A stretch of DNA of 64,000 nucleotides. Source: a virus. Numbering within the stretch: the first letter of the stretch is position 1; each line of letters starts with the position of its first letter. The stretch covers positions 64,001 through 128,000 of IMG/VR virus record IMGVR_UViG_3300018933_000001, one strand, 5' to 3'. The notes beneath the pieces are model-generated. The model was given only the letters and a program-made list of their open reading frames with translations, had not been told where the DNA came from and searched no databases. A program made the translations under genes and the position numbers. Positions 56,336-64,000 of this stretch are shown here, piece by piece.

Positions 56336-56872
56336 ATGTTAAGACCTGGAAACCAACATAAATGTAACTTAGTATCTGTATTAGATGGAGATACTTTAGA
56401 ACTAAACTTTGAAGGAGAAACTTTTAAAGCTAGATTGCAATGGATAGATAGTCCCGAAACTAAAAAGAAATCTCAAAATAGTACAGAACCTAGAATTATA
56501 GAACATTGGAGTTATGGAGATTTAGCTAAAACTGCTCTTATCAATCTACTATCTACGAAACCTATAATAATTATTCCTGTACTTCTAGATATTTATAGTA
56601 GATGGATTTGTGATTGTTATGTGGAGAAAGTATCTCTAAAAACTAATGTCCAAGTAGAGTTGTGTAAATTAGGAATGGCTGTTAGCTACTATTTACCTAC
56701 TGAGAGATATGGTTATAGCGACAGAGAACTAGACATTCTACTAAACGTTATTAAACAAACTGCTTTAGCTAATCGTAAAAAACTGGGATTTTGGAAGAGT
56801 AAAGAGATTATATTTCCTCATAATTTTAGACAGTTAATTAAGAAAACAGATAAAACATTAGAGGTTAAATGA
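56336..56872 (+). CDS. thermonuclease (SNase-like)
   Basis: VLDGDT, RLQWIDSPE, DIYSR, L.K.GMA, A...K.G.W. Confidence 0.88.
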   Translation: MLRPGNQHKCNLVSVLDGDTLELNFEGETFKARLQWIDSPETKKKSQNSTEPRIIEHWSYGDLAKTALINLLSTKPIIIIPVLLDIYSRWICDCYVEKVSLKTNVQVELCKLGMAVSYYLPTERYGYSDRELDILLNVIKQTALANRKKLGFWKSKEIIFPHNFRQLIKKTDKTLEVK

Positions 56873-57351
56873 AACTTAAAACAGAAGAAGTAAAACTATT
56901 TAGTTCTGTTCAGTTACAAATTAGTTTACTAAATCAGTATTTAAACAGCAGTAAAGCTGAAATAGTTTGTATGCCTAAAGACTTTCACGAAGTAATTACT
57001 AGGAGATGCCCTGACTTTAGATTAGAAAACGAAGAAAAGATAAGACCTTACTGGGAAAAATACAAAGTAGACACTCATTACACATATTTAGATATTAATT
57101 ACATAGAAGAGGATTTAGTTAAGAGACTAGAACATGACCTTGAAATTACTATAAAAAATATATCTAACTATTTTTCAGAAAAGCTCCAAAGTAGTCCCAC
57201 TTATTTCCTCACTATCATTCTTCCCGATGAAGGATTATTTAGCAGTTACATAGATGAAGTAGATACTTTCCATATAGTAGGGAGTATCAGTTACTGTATG
57301 ACTTACCGACATTTTATAACTCAACCAGAATATCTACTCCCAAAACCATAA
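56869..57351 (+). CDS. hypothetical protein
   Basis: Coupled ORF. Confidence 0.55.
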   Translation: MKLKTEEVKLFSSVQLQISLLNQYLNSSKAEIVCMPKDFHEVITRRCPDFRLENEEKIRPYWEKYKVDTHYTYLDINYIEEDLVKRLEHDLEITIKNISNYFSEKLQSSPTYFLTIILPDEGLFSSYIDEVDTFHIVGSISYCMTYRHFITQPEYLLPKP

Positions 57352-60008
57352 GCTATCTCCCCTAACTCTCTTCCTTTGGTGTACATATTAAAGATACTTG
57401 CTTCAGCAGGATTAGTAGAATTAGTAGAAGGTTCAATGTTTTCTTGTGGTAGTTTGACTTTTTCTAATCTAGTTAGGCTACCCAAGCTACTATCTATTCC
57501 TAAACTAAGTGAAGTAGAACCAGTAACCTCAGTAAGTAATCTACCATCTTCTAGTTTTTGATAACCTACTATATTTACACTACTGCTATTGTTTATTACC
57601 CTACACTTCCAAGCATCCCAAGAATAGTTAAACGTAACTTTACTTCCTTCTATCATCTCAGGTCTAAATAAGGTAGTTAAAGAAATAGAACAGTTGCTAT
57701 TCATATCATCTATTTCTAAATCAGTTATTGCCCCTAAAAAAGCTTGAGATTGATGTTTAGTATTGTAAGAAACAGAACCTTGTATCGGGTCATCTAAGCT
57801 ATATCCTTGCGTAATTAGTAGATATTTGTACTTATCTTTTGGTTTTTGTATTGCATCTTTTCTTTTAGTCTCAGTCATCTTATAGTAGACATCTGCATTT
57901 TCTTTTACACTTTCTTCAGTTTTAGGTACAAAAGGTAGTTGTTTTCTAGTTGCTTCAGGAGGTCTACCACTTCCATCTTCTACTCTAATACTGGTAAATG
58001 CGTTTCTAAAATTACTGTCTTGAGCTGAACGTTCTGTAATGTGTGTCTCGTATTTTTCTTCTAAACCTTCTTTGTCATCACCTATAAAATTATCCCTAGC
58101 TATAGTTCCAGTAGAAGTAAAGCCTAATCCTTCCTCTTTAATAGTTGATTTACTTCTATGAATAAACGTTTTCTTATGTATTTCTGTCTCTCTACCAGTA
58201 GTTAGAGGTGGATTGTAGATTGGATTATCAGTAGGTGTTTCAGGAGGTGAATCTCTAAATTCTCTTCTAAGAGCTAGATTTGCAGGGTCTTCAATTCTAG
58301 AATAACAAGAGTAGAAAGTGTATTCTTCTCCTATGTGCATTGGTTCAACCCAAGTAGGGTCTTTCTTATATTTAGTAATTAACTTACCATTTGAGCTACA
58401 TACTTGATAAGGAACATTTGGAGTATTGCCGTTCGCATCTCGGTAGTAATCTCTATTTTGTCTCAATATAAACTGAGTTCCACCTGTAATAGGAACGGCT
58501 CTAAATCTATAGCAATCTATTATCTCGTTTAGTTCAAATAGTTTTTCCCCTCTAACATTTGCATCTGCCTCATAAATTTTACTTGCAGGGTCAGCTATTG
58601 CACTTTTTTCTTGTTCTAACTTAGCTGTTTCAGTAGAAGATTCTTGTTTAAACCTACACATTTTCCATCCAGTAATCTTATTTCCTAAGTAGTAACCAGT
58701 GGAAGGGTCAAATATATGAGTAGTTTCTTGTGACTCTGTTAATCCCCAATAGTTGCTAGGAGAAGCTTCTAAGATACTTTCTCCATCTCTCTCTTTAACA
58801 ATATCTTTGGATAAATACATGAATCCCCAAGTTTCTACTTTTTCCCATAAGATAGTCGTCCCTTCTCTTTTAGTAAATGTTTTAGTTTTTATTTTACCTG
58901 AAGCATCGTAGTTTAAATCCATTGACCTCAACATTCCTGAATCGCTAGGGGGAGAAGTTGCATTGTCCGGGTCAGAAACGGATTCTTTTACACTAATTTT
59001 TAGTTGTAACCATTGAGGTTTAGTATTTTGAAAAGTATCTTCTCCTTGATTGTTTAGAGGTTCTTCTTCAGATTGGTTCCATGAGAGTTCAGTAGGTTTG
59101 TAGCCTAACTCACTCATATTATCTGAGTAACTAATAGGGGAAATTATTCTGTCTTCTCTTACCTTATACTTTTGAGGAGTTGCCCACTTAATAGTTTTGA
59201 CACCTTCATCAGATGAGTACAAGACATAAAGACCTTTAGTTCTTTTTCTACTATCTAACTCACTAGCAAAAGTAGTAGTTAAGTTAGGAGCAACTGGTCT
59301 TTGATAGTTACATAAGAAGTCGTAACCTAAGTAACTAAAACCTAACCTATTAGCATAAGAACTAAGTGGTACTACTAATTCCTCTGGCTTATTAAGAGAA
59401 TTAGCTAAGTTAGAAGATGTACTACTTCTACCTACCTTACATTGAGGAGCTTCAAAAGGTTTACTACTTCTGTTACTCTCACCTCTATCTTTAACAAATA
59501 TAGGTTGACTTATTAGTTTCTCATACCAACCTGTAAAAGATAAATCTATGTCGTAATGTCCTTCTGGATAAATAACTCTTTCTCCAATAACTTCAGAGTA
59601 ATTAGTTAGTCTAAAGGGAATTCCGTAAAATATGTACTTCTCATCAAATCTATCTCTGAACTTATTTCTTATTTCGTCTATCTCATCTCTACTACACATT
59701 AGTTTAAAAGATATAGATGGGTGACTCTCAAAACTTCTACTAATGGTAAAGCCACCAACTAACTTATGTTCTACTATGAAGTCAGGTAGCTCGATTTGAT
59801 TACTAATAAATATCTCTTTATTTTTAAGTATTTTAAGAGGTAAGGGGTCTTGAGTAATCTTAGTATTTACCTTACAACATAGAAGAACTTTCTGAGTGAC
59901 AGGATTAAAGAGAAATGTACCTGGACTTGCAGCTAGTTTAGTTACTTGTTCATTAGGTAATTGATTAGTAGAAGTAATTATATTATTTAAAGGTGACTTA
60001 GGGGACAT
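57321..60008 (-). CDS. large putative tail/baseplate hub protein
   Basis: 895 aa, downstream of tape-measure-like gene. Confidence 0.55.
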   Translation of the reverse strand: MSPKSPLNNIITSTNQLPNEQVTKLAASPGTFLFNPVTQKVLLCCKVNTKITQDPLPLKILKNKEIFISNQIELPDFIVEHKLVGGFTISRSFESHPSISFKLMCSRDEIDEIRNKFRDRFDEKYIFYGIPFRLTNYSEVIGERVIYPEGHYDIDLSFTGWYEKLISQPIFVKDRGESNRSSKPFEAPQCKVGRSSTSSNLANSLNKPEELVVPLSSYANRLGFSYLGYDFLCNYQRPVAPNLTTTFASELDSRKRTKGLYVLYSSDEGVKTIKWATPQKYKVREDRIISPISYSDNMSELGYKPTELSWNQSEEEPLNNQGEDTFQNTKPQWLQLKISVKESVSDPDNATSPPSDSGMLRSMDLNYDASGKIKTKTFTKREGTTILWEKVETWGFMYLSKDIVKERDGESILEASPSNYWGLTESQETTHIFDPSTGYYLGNKITGWKMCRFKQESSTETAKLEQEKSAIADPASKIYEADANVRGEKLFELNEIIDCYRFRAVPITGGTQFILRQNRDYYRDANGNTPNVPYQVCSSNGKLITKYKKDPTWVEPMHIGEEYTFYSCYSRIEDPANLALRREFRDSPPETPTDNPIYNPPLTTGRETEIHKKTFIHRSKSTIKEEGLGFTSTGTIARDNFIGDDKEGLEEKYETHITERSAQDSNFRNAFTSIRVEDGSGRPPEATRKQLPFVPKTEESVKENADVYYKMTETKRKDAIQKPKDKYKYLLITQGYSLDDPIQGSVSYNTKHQSQAFLGAITDLEIDDMNSNCSISLTTLFRPEMIEGSKVTFNYSWDAWKCRVINNSSSVNIVGYQKLEDGRLLTEVTGSTSLSLGIDSSLGSLTRLEKVKLPQENIEPSTNSTNPAEASIFNMYTKGRELGEIAYGFGSRYSG

Positions 60009-60014
60009 AATAAT

Positions 60015-60386
60015 ATGAATGACAAATTAACGATGACTGGGCTATATAACAAGTTAGAGAGATTAGGTTTTTCAAAAAAGTTTATAAGAGCTATAGGTTT
60101 ACCAAGTTGGTGGGTAGATGAATTAGACCAATCTACTGACTTAGGAGTAGCTTATGAAGCAGCTAGTCACATATCTCAGAGACTATTTACAGACCTAAAG
60201 AGTTTGATAGATACTACTCAAGAAGCTAAGTTTGTGAATAGTATGATTTATGAAGAAGTAATTACTGCACTTAAGAAAAGAAAAGAATGTCTACTGCAAC
60301 TTAGAAAGTTAGGTACTGATATATTAGCTAATGACGTTACTGACTACTTTGAACAGTTACTAGAGTACAAATTAGAAGAACTCTAG
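60015..60386 (+). CDS. protein resembling the N-terminal domain of ImmA/IrrE-family proteins, lacking the peptidase domain
   Basis: LY.KL..LGFSKKFI...LPSWW.DE; no HExxH. Confidence 0.45.
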   Translation: MNDKLTMTGLYNKLERLGFSKKFIRAIGLPSWWVDELDQSTDLGVAYEAASHISQRLFTDLKSLIDTTQEAKFVNSMIYEEVITALKKRKECLLQLRKLGTDILANDVTDYFEQLLEYKLEEL

Positions 60387-60766
60387 GTACTCTCCCTTTC
60401 TTCCATAGGTAAGGAGTCTACTACAGGTACTAACGAATCATTTACATTAGTAATGAAACTAAACTCATCTAGTGACAATAAGTTCTGATACTTACCACCA
60501 TTAAAGTACAAGTTATCCAAGTCTTCTATTAGATTAGGAGATAAGATATCTAGTTCTACTATTTGATATTGAGAAGGTACTGTACTAATAGAAAATACAA
60601 AGTCATCTACTGTTTCTGCTACTTCATTTATATGTTCTAGTTGAAACATAGGAGAAAAGTTAGTTAAAGTAGGTAAGCTATTGGTTAATTGGAAACAAGG
60701 TACTGAGATAGTAGAAGGTGTTATGGTAGTAGTTGGTATAGTAGTATTGCGAGTTATTTTGAACAT
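60383..60766 (-). CDS. putative structural protein
   Basis: Minus-strand cluster with own promoter motif. Confidence 0.55.
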   Translation of the reverse strand: MFKITRNTTIPTTTITPSTISVPCFQLTNSLPTLTNFSPMFQLEHINEVAETVDDFVFSISTVPSQYQIVELDILSPNLIEDLDNLYFNGGKYQNLLSLDEFSFITNVNDSLVPVVDSLPMEEREST

Positions 60767-60793
60767 AATTAGGGAAGTAGAAGGTCTTATATG

Positions 60794-60802
60794 AGATTAA
60801 CA
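60794..60802 (-). promoter_or_regulatory. extended -10 promoter TGTTAATCT
   Basis: Same motif and spacing as at 9206 and 40981. Confidence 0.5.
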
Positions 60803-60822
60803 TAATATTACGGAGAAGAAAG

Positions 60823-61053
60823 ATGACTGAGGAAAGTAAGATTGAATGGTTGATACATGATTACCTAACTGAATTCTACAAAGGTTCTACTTATACTCAG
60901 TTAATAGCAAATAGTATGAGTAACGGAACTCATAACCCTAAAGAGCTAATAGAAAGAATAAAGATGATGCAAAAACACGTAGGTGCATTGTATGGGATTA
61001 CTAATGCTATTTACTTTAGTGTATTAGAACAGATAGAGGGAACTAATGAGTGA
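60823..61053 (+). CDS. hypothetical protein
   Basis: GGAG RBS. Confidence 0.55.
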   Translation: MTEESKIEWLIHDYLTEFYKGSTYTQLIANSMSNGTHNPKELIERIKMMQKHVGALYGITNAIYFSVLEQIEGTNE

Positions 61054-61194
61054 TAAAGAAACCTGTCTAGAACTACTAAAGGTTATCGAGCAAAATTATT
61101 ATGACTCCCTACCTTATTTCTATAAAAACCTGTATCAAATATTGTTAGATTTTATATACCAGTTTGAAAATAGTATTCTACAAGAAGATGAATT

Positions 61195-61416
61195 ATGACC
61201 TCTAATGAACAACAACTAGAAGAACTAAACAAAGACTGTCTTAGGTATCAGCAAGATTTAGATGACCTACATTTATCAATAGAAGCAAATAAAGCTACTA
61301 ACACAACAATAGATAAAAAATTAACCAAGATACAAAGAAAACTAGATGATTCATATAACAAGATACTGAATCTACAAGAAAAAATTGCATTAGAACTCAA
61401 AGCTAGGAGGTTATGA
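61195..61416 (+). CDS. coiled-coil hypothetical protein
   Basis: ORF track. Confidence 0.55.
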   Translation: MTSNEQQLEELNKDCLRYQQDLDDLHLSIEANKATNTTIDKKLTKIQRKLDDSYNKILNLQEKIALELKARRL

Positions 61417-61601
61417 AGAAGCTAGACTTTCTATATTCAAAACTATATAAACAGATAACTCCTCAACAAGCAGAGAAGATAAATGACGTTCATACCTTAT
61501 TATGGGAATTACTCAACTTCCATCCAGAAGCAAGAAATGAAGTAGTTACTTGTATAATATCTTTAAAAGCTAAGTACAACCAGTTAAAGAAATATGACTA
61601 G
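61413..61601 (+). CDS. hypothetical protein
   Basis: AGGAGG RBS. Confidence 0.55.
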   Translation: MKKLDFLYSKLYKQITPQQAEKINDVHTLLWELLNFHPEARNEVVTCIISLKAKYNQLKKYD

Positions 61602-61751
61602 AGAAGAACTAGAAGACTTAAAAGATAAATGTGACACACTATTTAACGAGATTATGTTTGATTACGCAGATATAGCACTACCTAAACTCTATGAGATGCT
61701 GACTAAGTTGTTAAAAGCTTGTGAAAGTAAACGATTAAAGGAAGGTAAGTA

Positions 61752-62063
61752 ATGGAAAATAGACTGATAGTAAAGAAAGTTTTAGACATTGTACTAGACT
61801 ATGATATTTGCTGTAATTTGTGTAATGAGATAATGGATAACTATATAGAAGAGTGTCCTATCTGCAATCAAAAAAATATTGAACTGAAAGAATACGGTAG
61901 TTTGGAGACATACTTTACTGGAAAAAGAGATTATTGTACTTGTTCTAACTGCAAAAGTAGATTTAAATTAGTAAGCGATGAGTGGTACTACCCTAGTTTC
62001 CCTGAACCAGTTGGAGATGAGACTGAAGTAGTTCTTATCCCATTCGATAAGAATTCTCAGTAA
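61752..62063 (+). CDS. Cys-rich zinc-ribbon protein
   Basis: CNLC, CPIC, CSNC. Confidence 0.65.
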   Translation: MENRLIVKKVLDIVLDYDICCNLCNEIMDNYIEECPICNQKNIELKEYGSLETYFTGKRDYCTCSNCKSRFKLVSDEWYYPSFPEPVGDETEVVLIPFDKNSQ

Positions 62064-62628
62064 AAGTTAAAGTAAATCCTTCAGGGGTGAGAATAGGTCT
62101 AGTAGTAGGTTTAGTTACTTTATCTATTGTTTTCTCTCCACTCATTTGTCCCGTATATTGTAGAGGTAAGTAGATAAGTCCTTTTCGGATTGTGTAACCT
62201 ATATTGTAGTTCTCAGTTTCAGGTCTTACATAGTCTATTACTTCTACAAACTTCTTTTCTTTAATTGCATCTTTGGCTATCTTGTCTAAAGAAACCATAA
62301 TGTCAGTTAATGTATAGTCAAATTGAGCTGTAAAGCCCTTTCTTATTAGTGAGTATTTAACATAAGAACCTGAACCAGTAGGAGCCATTCTAGTAGCTTC
62401 CCCTTCAATAGTTACTTGATACGCATTAGGCTCAAGAAATAAACAGATATAAGATTTACCTCTAATAGTGTAGAGAACTTCTTTACCTATATCTGTCCCA
62501 GCTAATAGATTCTTTTCATTTAAGAAACATAACTTACGAGTAAAAGGAAAACATTTAGTTAGGTCGTCTTCTCTACCGTGTTGTCCTAATATAACAGGGT
62601 CATCTATATCAATGAATTTGTTTACCAC
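62035..62628 (-). CDS. putative distal tail protein
   Basis: Directly follows the tape-measure-like gene. Confidence 0.45.
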   Translation of the reverse strand: MVNKFIDIDDPVILGQHGREDDLTKCFPFTRKLCFLNEKNLLAGTDIGKEVLYTIRGKSYICLFLEPNAYQVTIEGEATRMAPTGSGSYVKYSLIRKGFTAQFDYTLTDIMVSLDKIAKDAIKEKKFVEVIDYVRPETENYNIGYTIRKGLIYLPLQYTGQMSGEKTIDKVTKPTTRPILTPEGFTLTFTENSYRMG

Positions 62629-64000
62629 TACTTCTGTCTCCTTCTTATTTTTTCAGTTAAGTCATACAAATGCTTGTTAATATCTACTCCTACATTCTTA
62701 TCCCCTCCACCAGTCACGTTAATAGGAGAAGTAATATTTACATTACCACCTTTCTCGATATGTTCCTCAATCTTATCTATCAACTGCTCAATAGACTTTT
62801 GTAACTTATCATTATCTTTCTGTTCTTCTTTGTATCTAATATCAGCTTCTTTCTTTTTAGCTATATTGCTCTTATCTACTGATAACTTAAAGTTAGTAAT
62901 AGCTTCCCTAATAGTTCTCAGTGAGTCAGGTACTATTTCTCCTTTCTTAGGCTTAGGAGGCTCAACTACTTTCTTACCTTTGAGAGTTATACCAGTAATA
63001 GAATTAGTAGCAGTAGTAACGTTTTTACCTATGTTCTTTACACTTACCTCTATTAGTTTATTAAGTGTCTTACTATTAGTATTGAAAGTCTTAATAAGTG
63101 ACTGAGTATCTAATCCTAATTTCTTAGTAATAGACTTCTCTGCTTTATCAATAGATTTACTTAGGTTATATATAGAACTAGCGGTACTATCTTTCTTAGT
63201 AGTATCATTATCTCTATTAGTACCTGAACTTGTAGTAACACCTCTACCTAACCCACCAATCCCAGGGATGTTAGTAGGTGAGATATTATTTTTGGGTTGA
63301 GTATCTGTACTTAAAGCTTTAGTTAAGTTAGTAGTAGGTATCTCCTCAATAGGTGGACGTGACCTCATTGAGTCAGTGAACTCTTTAAGTATCTTCTCTA
63401 CTTGTGATTGATTAGTAGAGGTTAGGTTGTTACTTCCTATACTTCTCTCATCTAACTCTCGGAATCTTTGAGCTTTACCTCTTACTTGACTATCATCAGC
63501 AGTATTAGTAGTAGTTTGTGCAACTGCCATCTCGGCTTGTAGTCTTTGGTTTCTTTGGTTACGAGCATTGATTAATTCTTTATTCTTTTCTGATTGTTCC
63601 TCTATTTTAGATACTTCAATAGCTAACTCTTTATTTGCTTTAGCTGCTAAGATACCTTGTTCTGCTGATTCCACTGCTAATCTAGCTGCTAACTTCTCTT
63701 CATCTGTAGCGTCTTTTCTAGCGTTAGTTCTAGCTTCTTCTGCTTTAGACATTGCAAGAGCTTGCTTAGCATTAATTTCTGCAATAGTTAACTCTACTTT
63801 CTGTCTTTCTCTTACAATCTTATTCTTAGCTTTTTCTAGATTAAAACTCTCATTCTCCATTTTCTGTTGGAGTTCTAAATAAGTTAGTTTGTCTTGAGCT
63901 TGTTCTCTAGCTAACTTATCTTTAGTCAAATCAGATTTAGCCATTGACTGTTCGATTCCGTAAAGAGTATCAATAGAACTCAAAGTAGAATCCATCAATT
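62628..64000 (-). CDS. C-terminal part of probable tape measure protein (partial)
   Basis: Long Ala/Glu/Lys coiled coil then low-complexity tail ending NITSPINV; open to window edge. Confidence 0.6.
   Translation of the reverse strand, partial: LMDSTLSSIDTLYGIEQSMAKSDLTKDKLAREQAQDKLTYLELQQKMENESFNLEKAKNKIVRERQKVELTIAEINAKQALAMSKAEEARTNARKDATDEEKLAARLAVESAEQGILAAKANKELAIEVSKIEEQSEKNKELINARNQRNQRLQAEMAVAQTTTNTADDSQVRGKAQRFRELDERSIGSNNLTSTNQSQVEKILKEFTDSMRSRPPIEEIPTTNLTKALSTDTQPKNNISPTNIPGIGGLGRGVTTSSGTNRDNDTTKKDSTASSIYNLSKSIDKAEKSITKKLGLDTQSLIKTFNTNSKTLNKLIEVSVKNIGKNVTTATNSITGITLKGKKVVEPPKPKKGEIVPDSLRTIREAITNFKLSVDKSNIAKKKEADIRYKEEQKDNDKLQKSIEQLIDKIEEHIEKGGNVNITSPINVTGGGDKNVGVDINKHLYDLTEKIRRRQK

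Noticed and set aside
781-63882. Antisense shadow ORFs (781, 5912, 10378, 13547, 13985, 15175, 21568, 23045, 26155, 27607, 30288, 38107, 41019, 51401, 51815, 57376, 62674, 63568)
   Set aside because: They lie largely or entirely opposite well-supported genes or the intron and have no motifs.
1-64000. Stop-codon reassignment (TAG trinucleotides are abundant)
   Set aside because: Standard code gives long intact conserved genes, and TAG terminates genes at sensible boundaries.

Overview
This is an AT-rich, gene-dense 64 kb segment of a large tailed dsDNA phage, most likely infecting a filamentous cyanobacterium. The host is inferred from the cyanobacterial-type NrdJ C-terminus GCDSDKCLMPEK and from cyanobacterial-type HigA/HicB-like proteins. 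All family calls are from motif reading by eye; no searches were run. From 1 to 21 kb is the replication and nucleotide module: SSB, PD-(D/E)xK exonuclease, TOPRIM primase, RepA/AAA_25 helicase, Sak3-like annealase, family A DNA polymerase, class II ribonucleotide reductase split by a group I intron (14000-15154) carrying a homing endonuclease, PduO-type cobalamin adenosyltransferase, dUTPase and an AlkB-like oxygenase. From 21 to 45 kb is a large accessory region, then tail and structural genes lie mostly on the minus strand, interleaved with plus-strand islands. Three tRNAs are present (Lys-TTT, CAT, Pro-TGG). The most striking features are: (1) about 19 toxin-less HicB-like domains in about 13 ORFs, plus other orphan antitoxins and an Acb2/Tad1-like protein, suggesting a decoy-based anti-defence arsenal; (2) an inverted SF2-helicase-like gene bracketed by 63-bp inverted repeats, with more copies of the same palindromic site and a hairpin cluster nearby (candidate origin cassette or new mobile element); (3) an unannotated array of tiny membrane peptides after nrdJ; (4) a sulfotransferase-glycosyltransferase fusion next to a ferritin-like gene; (5) a second expanded domain family I cannot name. 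Several single-base homopolymer indels suggest some assembly errors.
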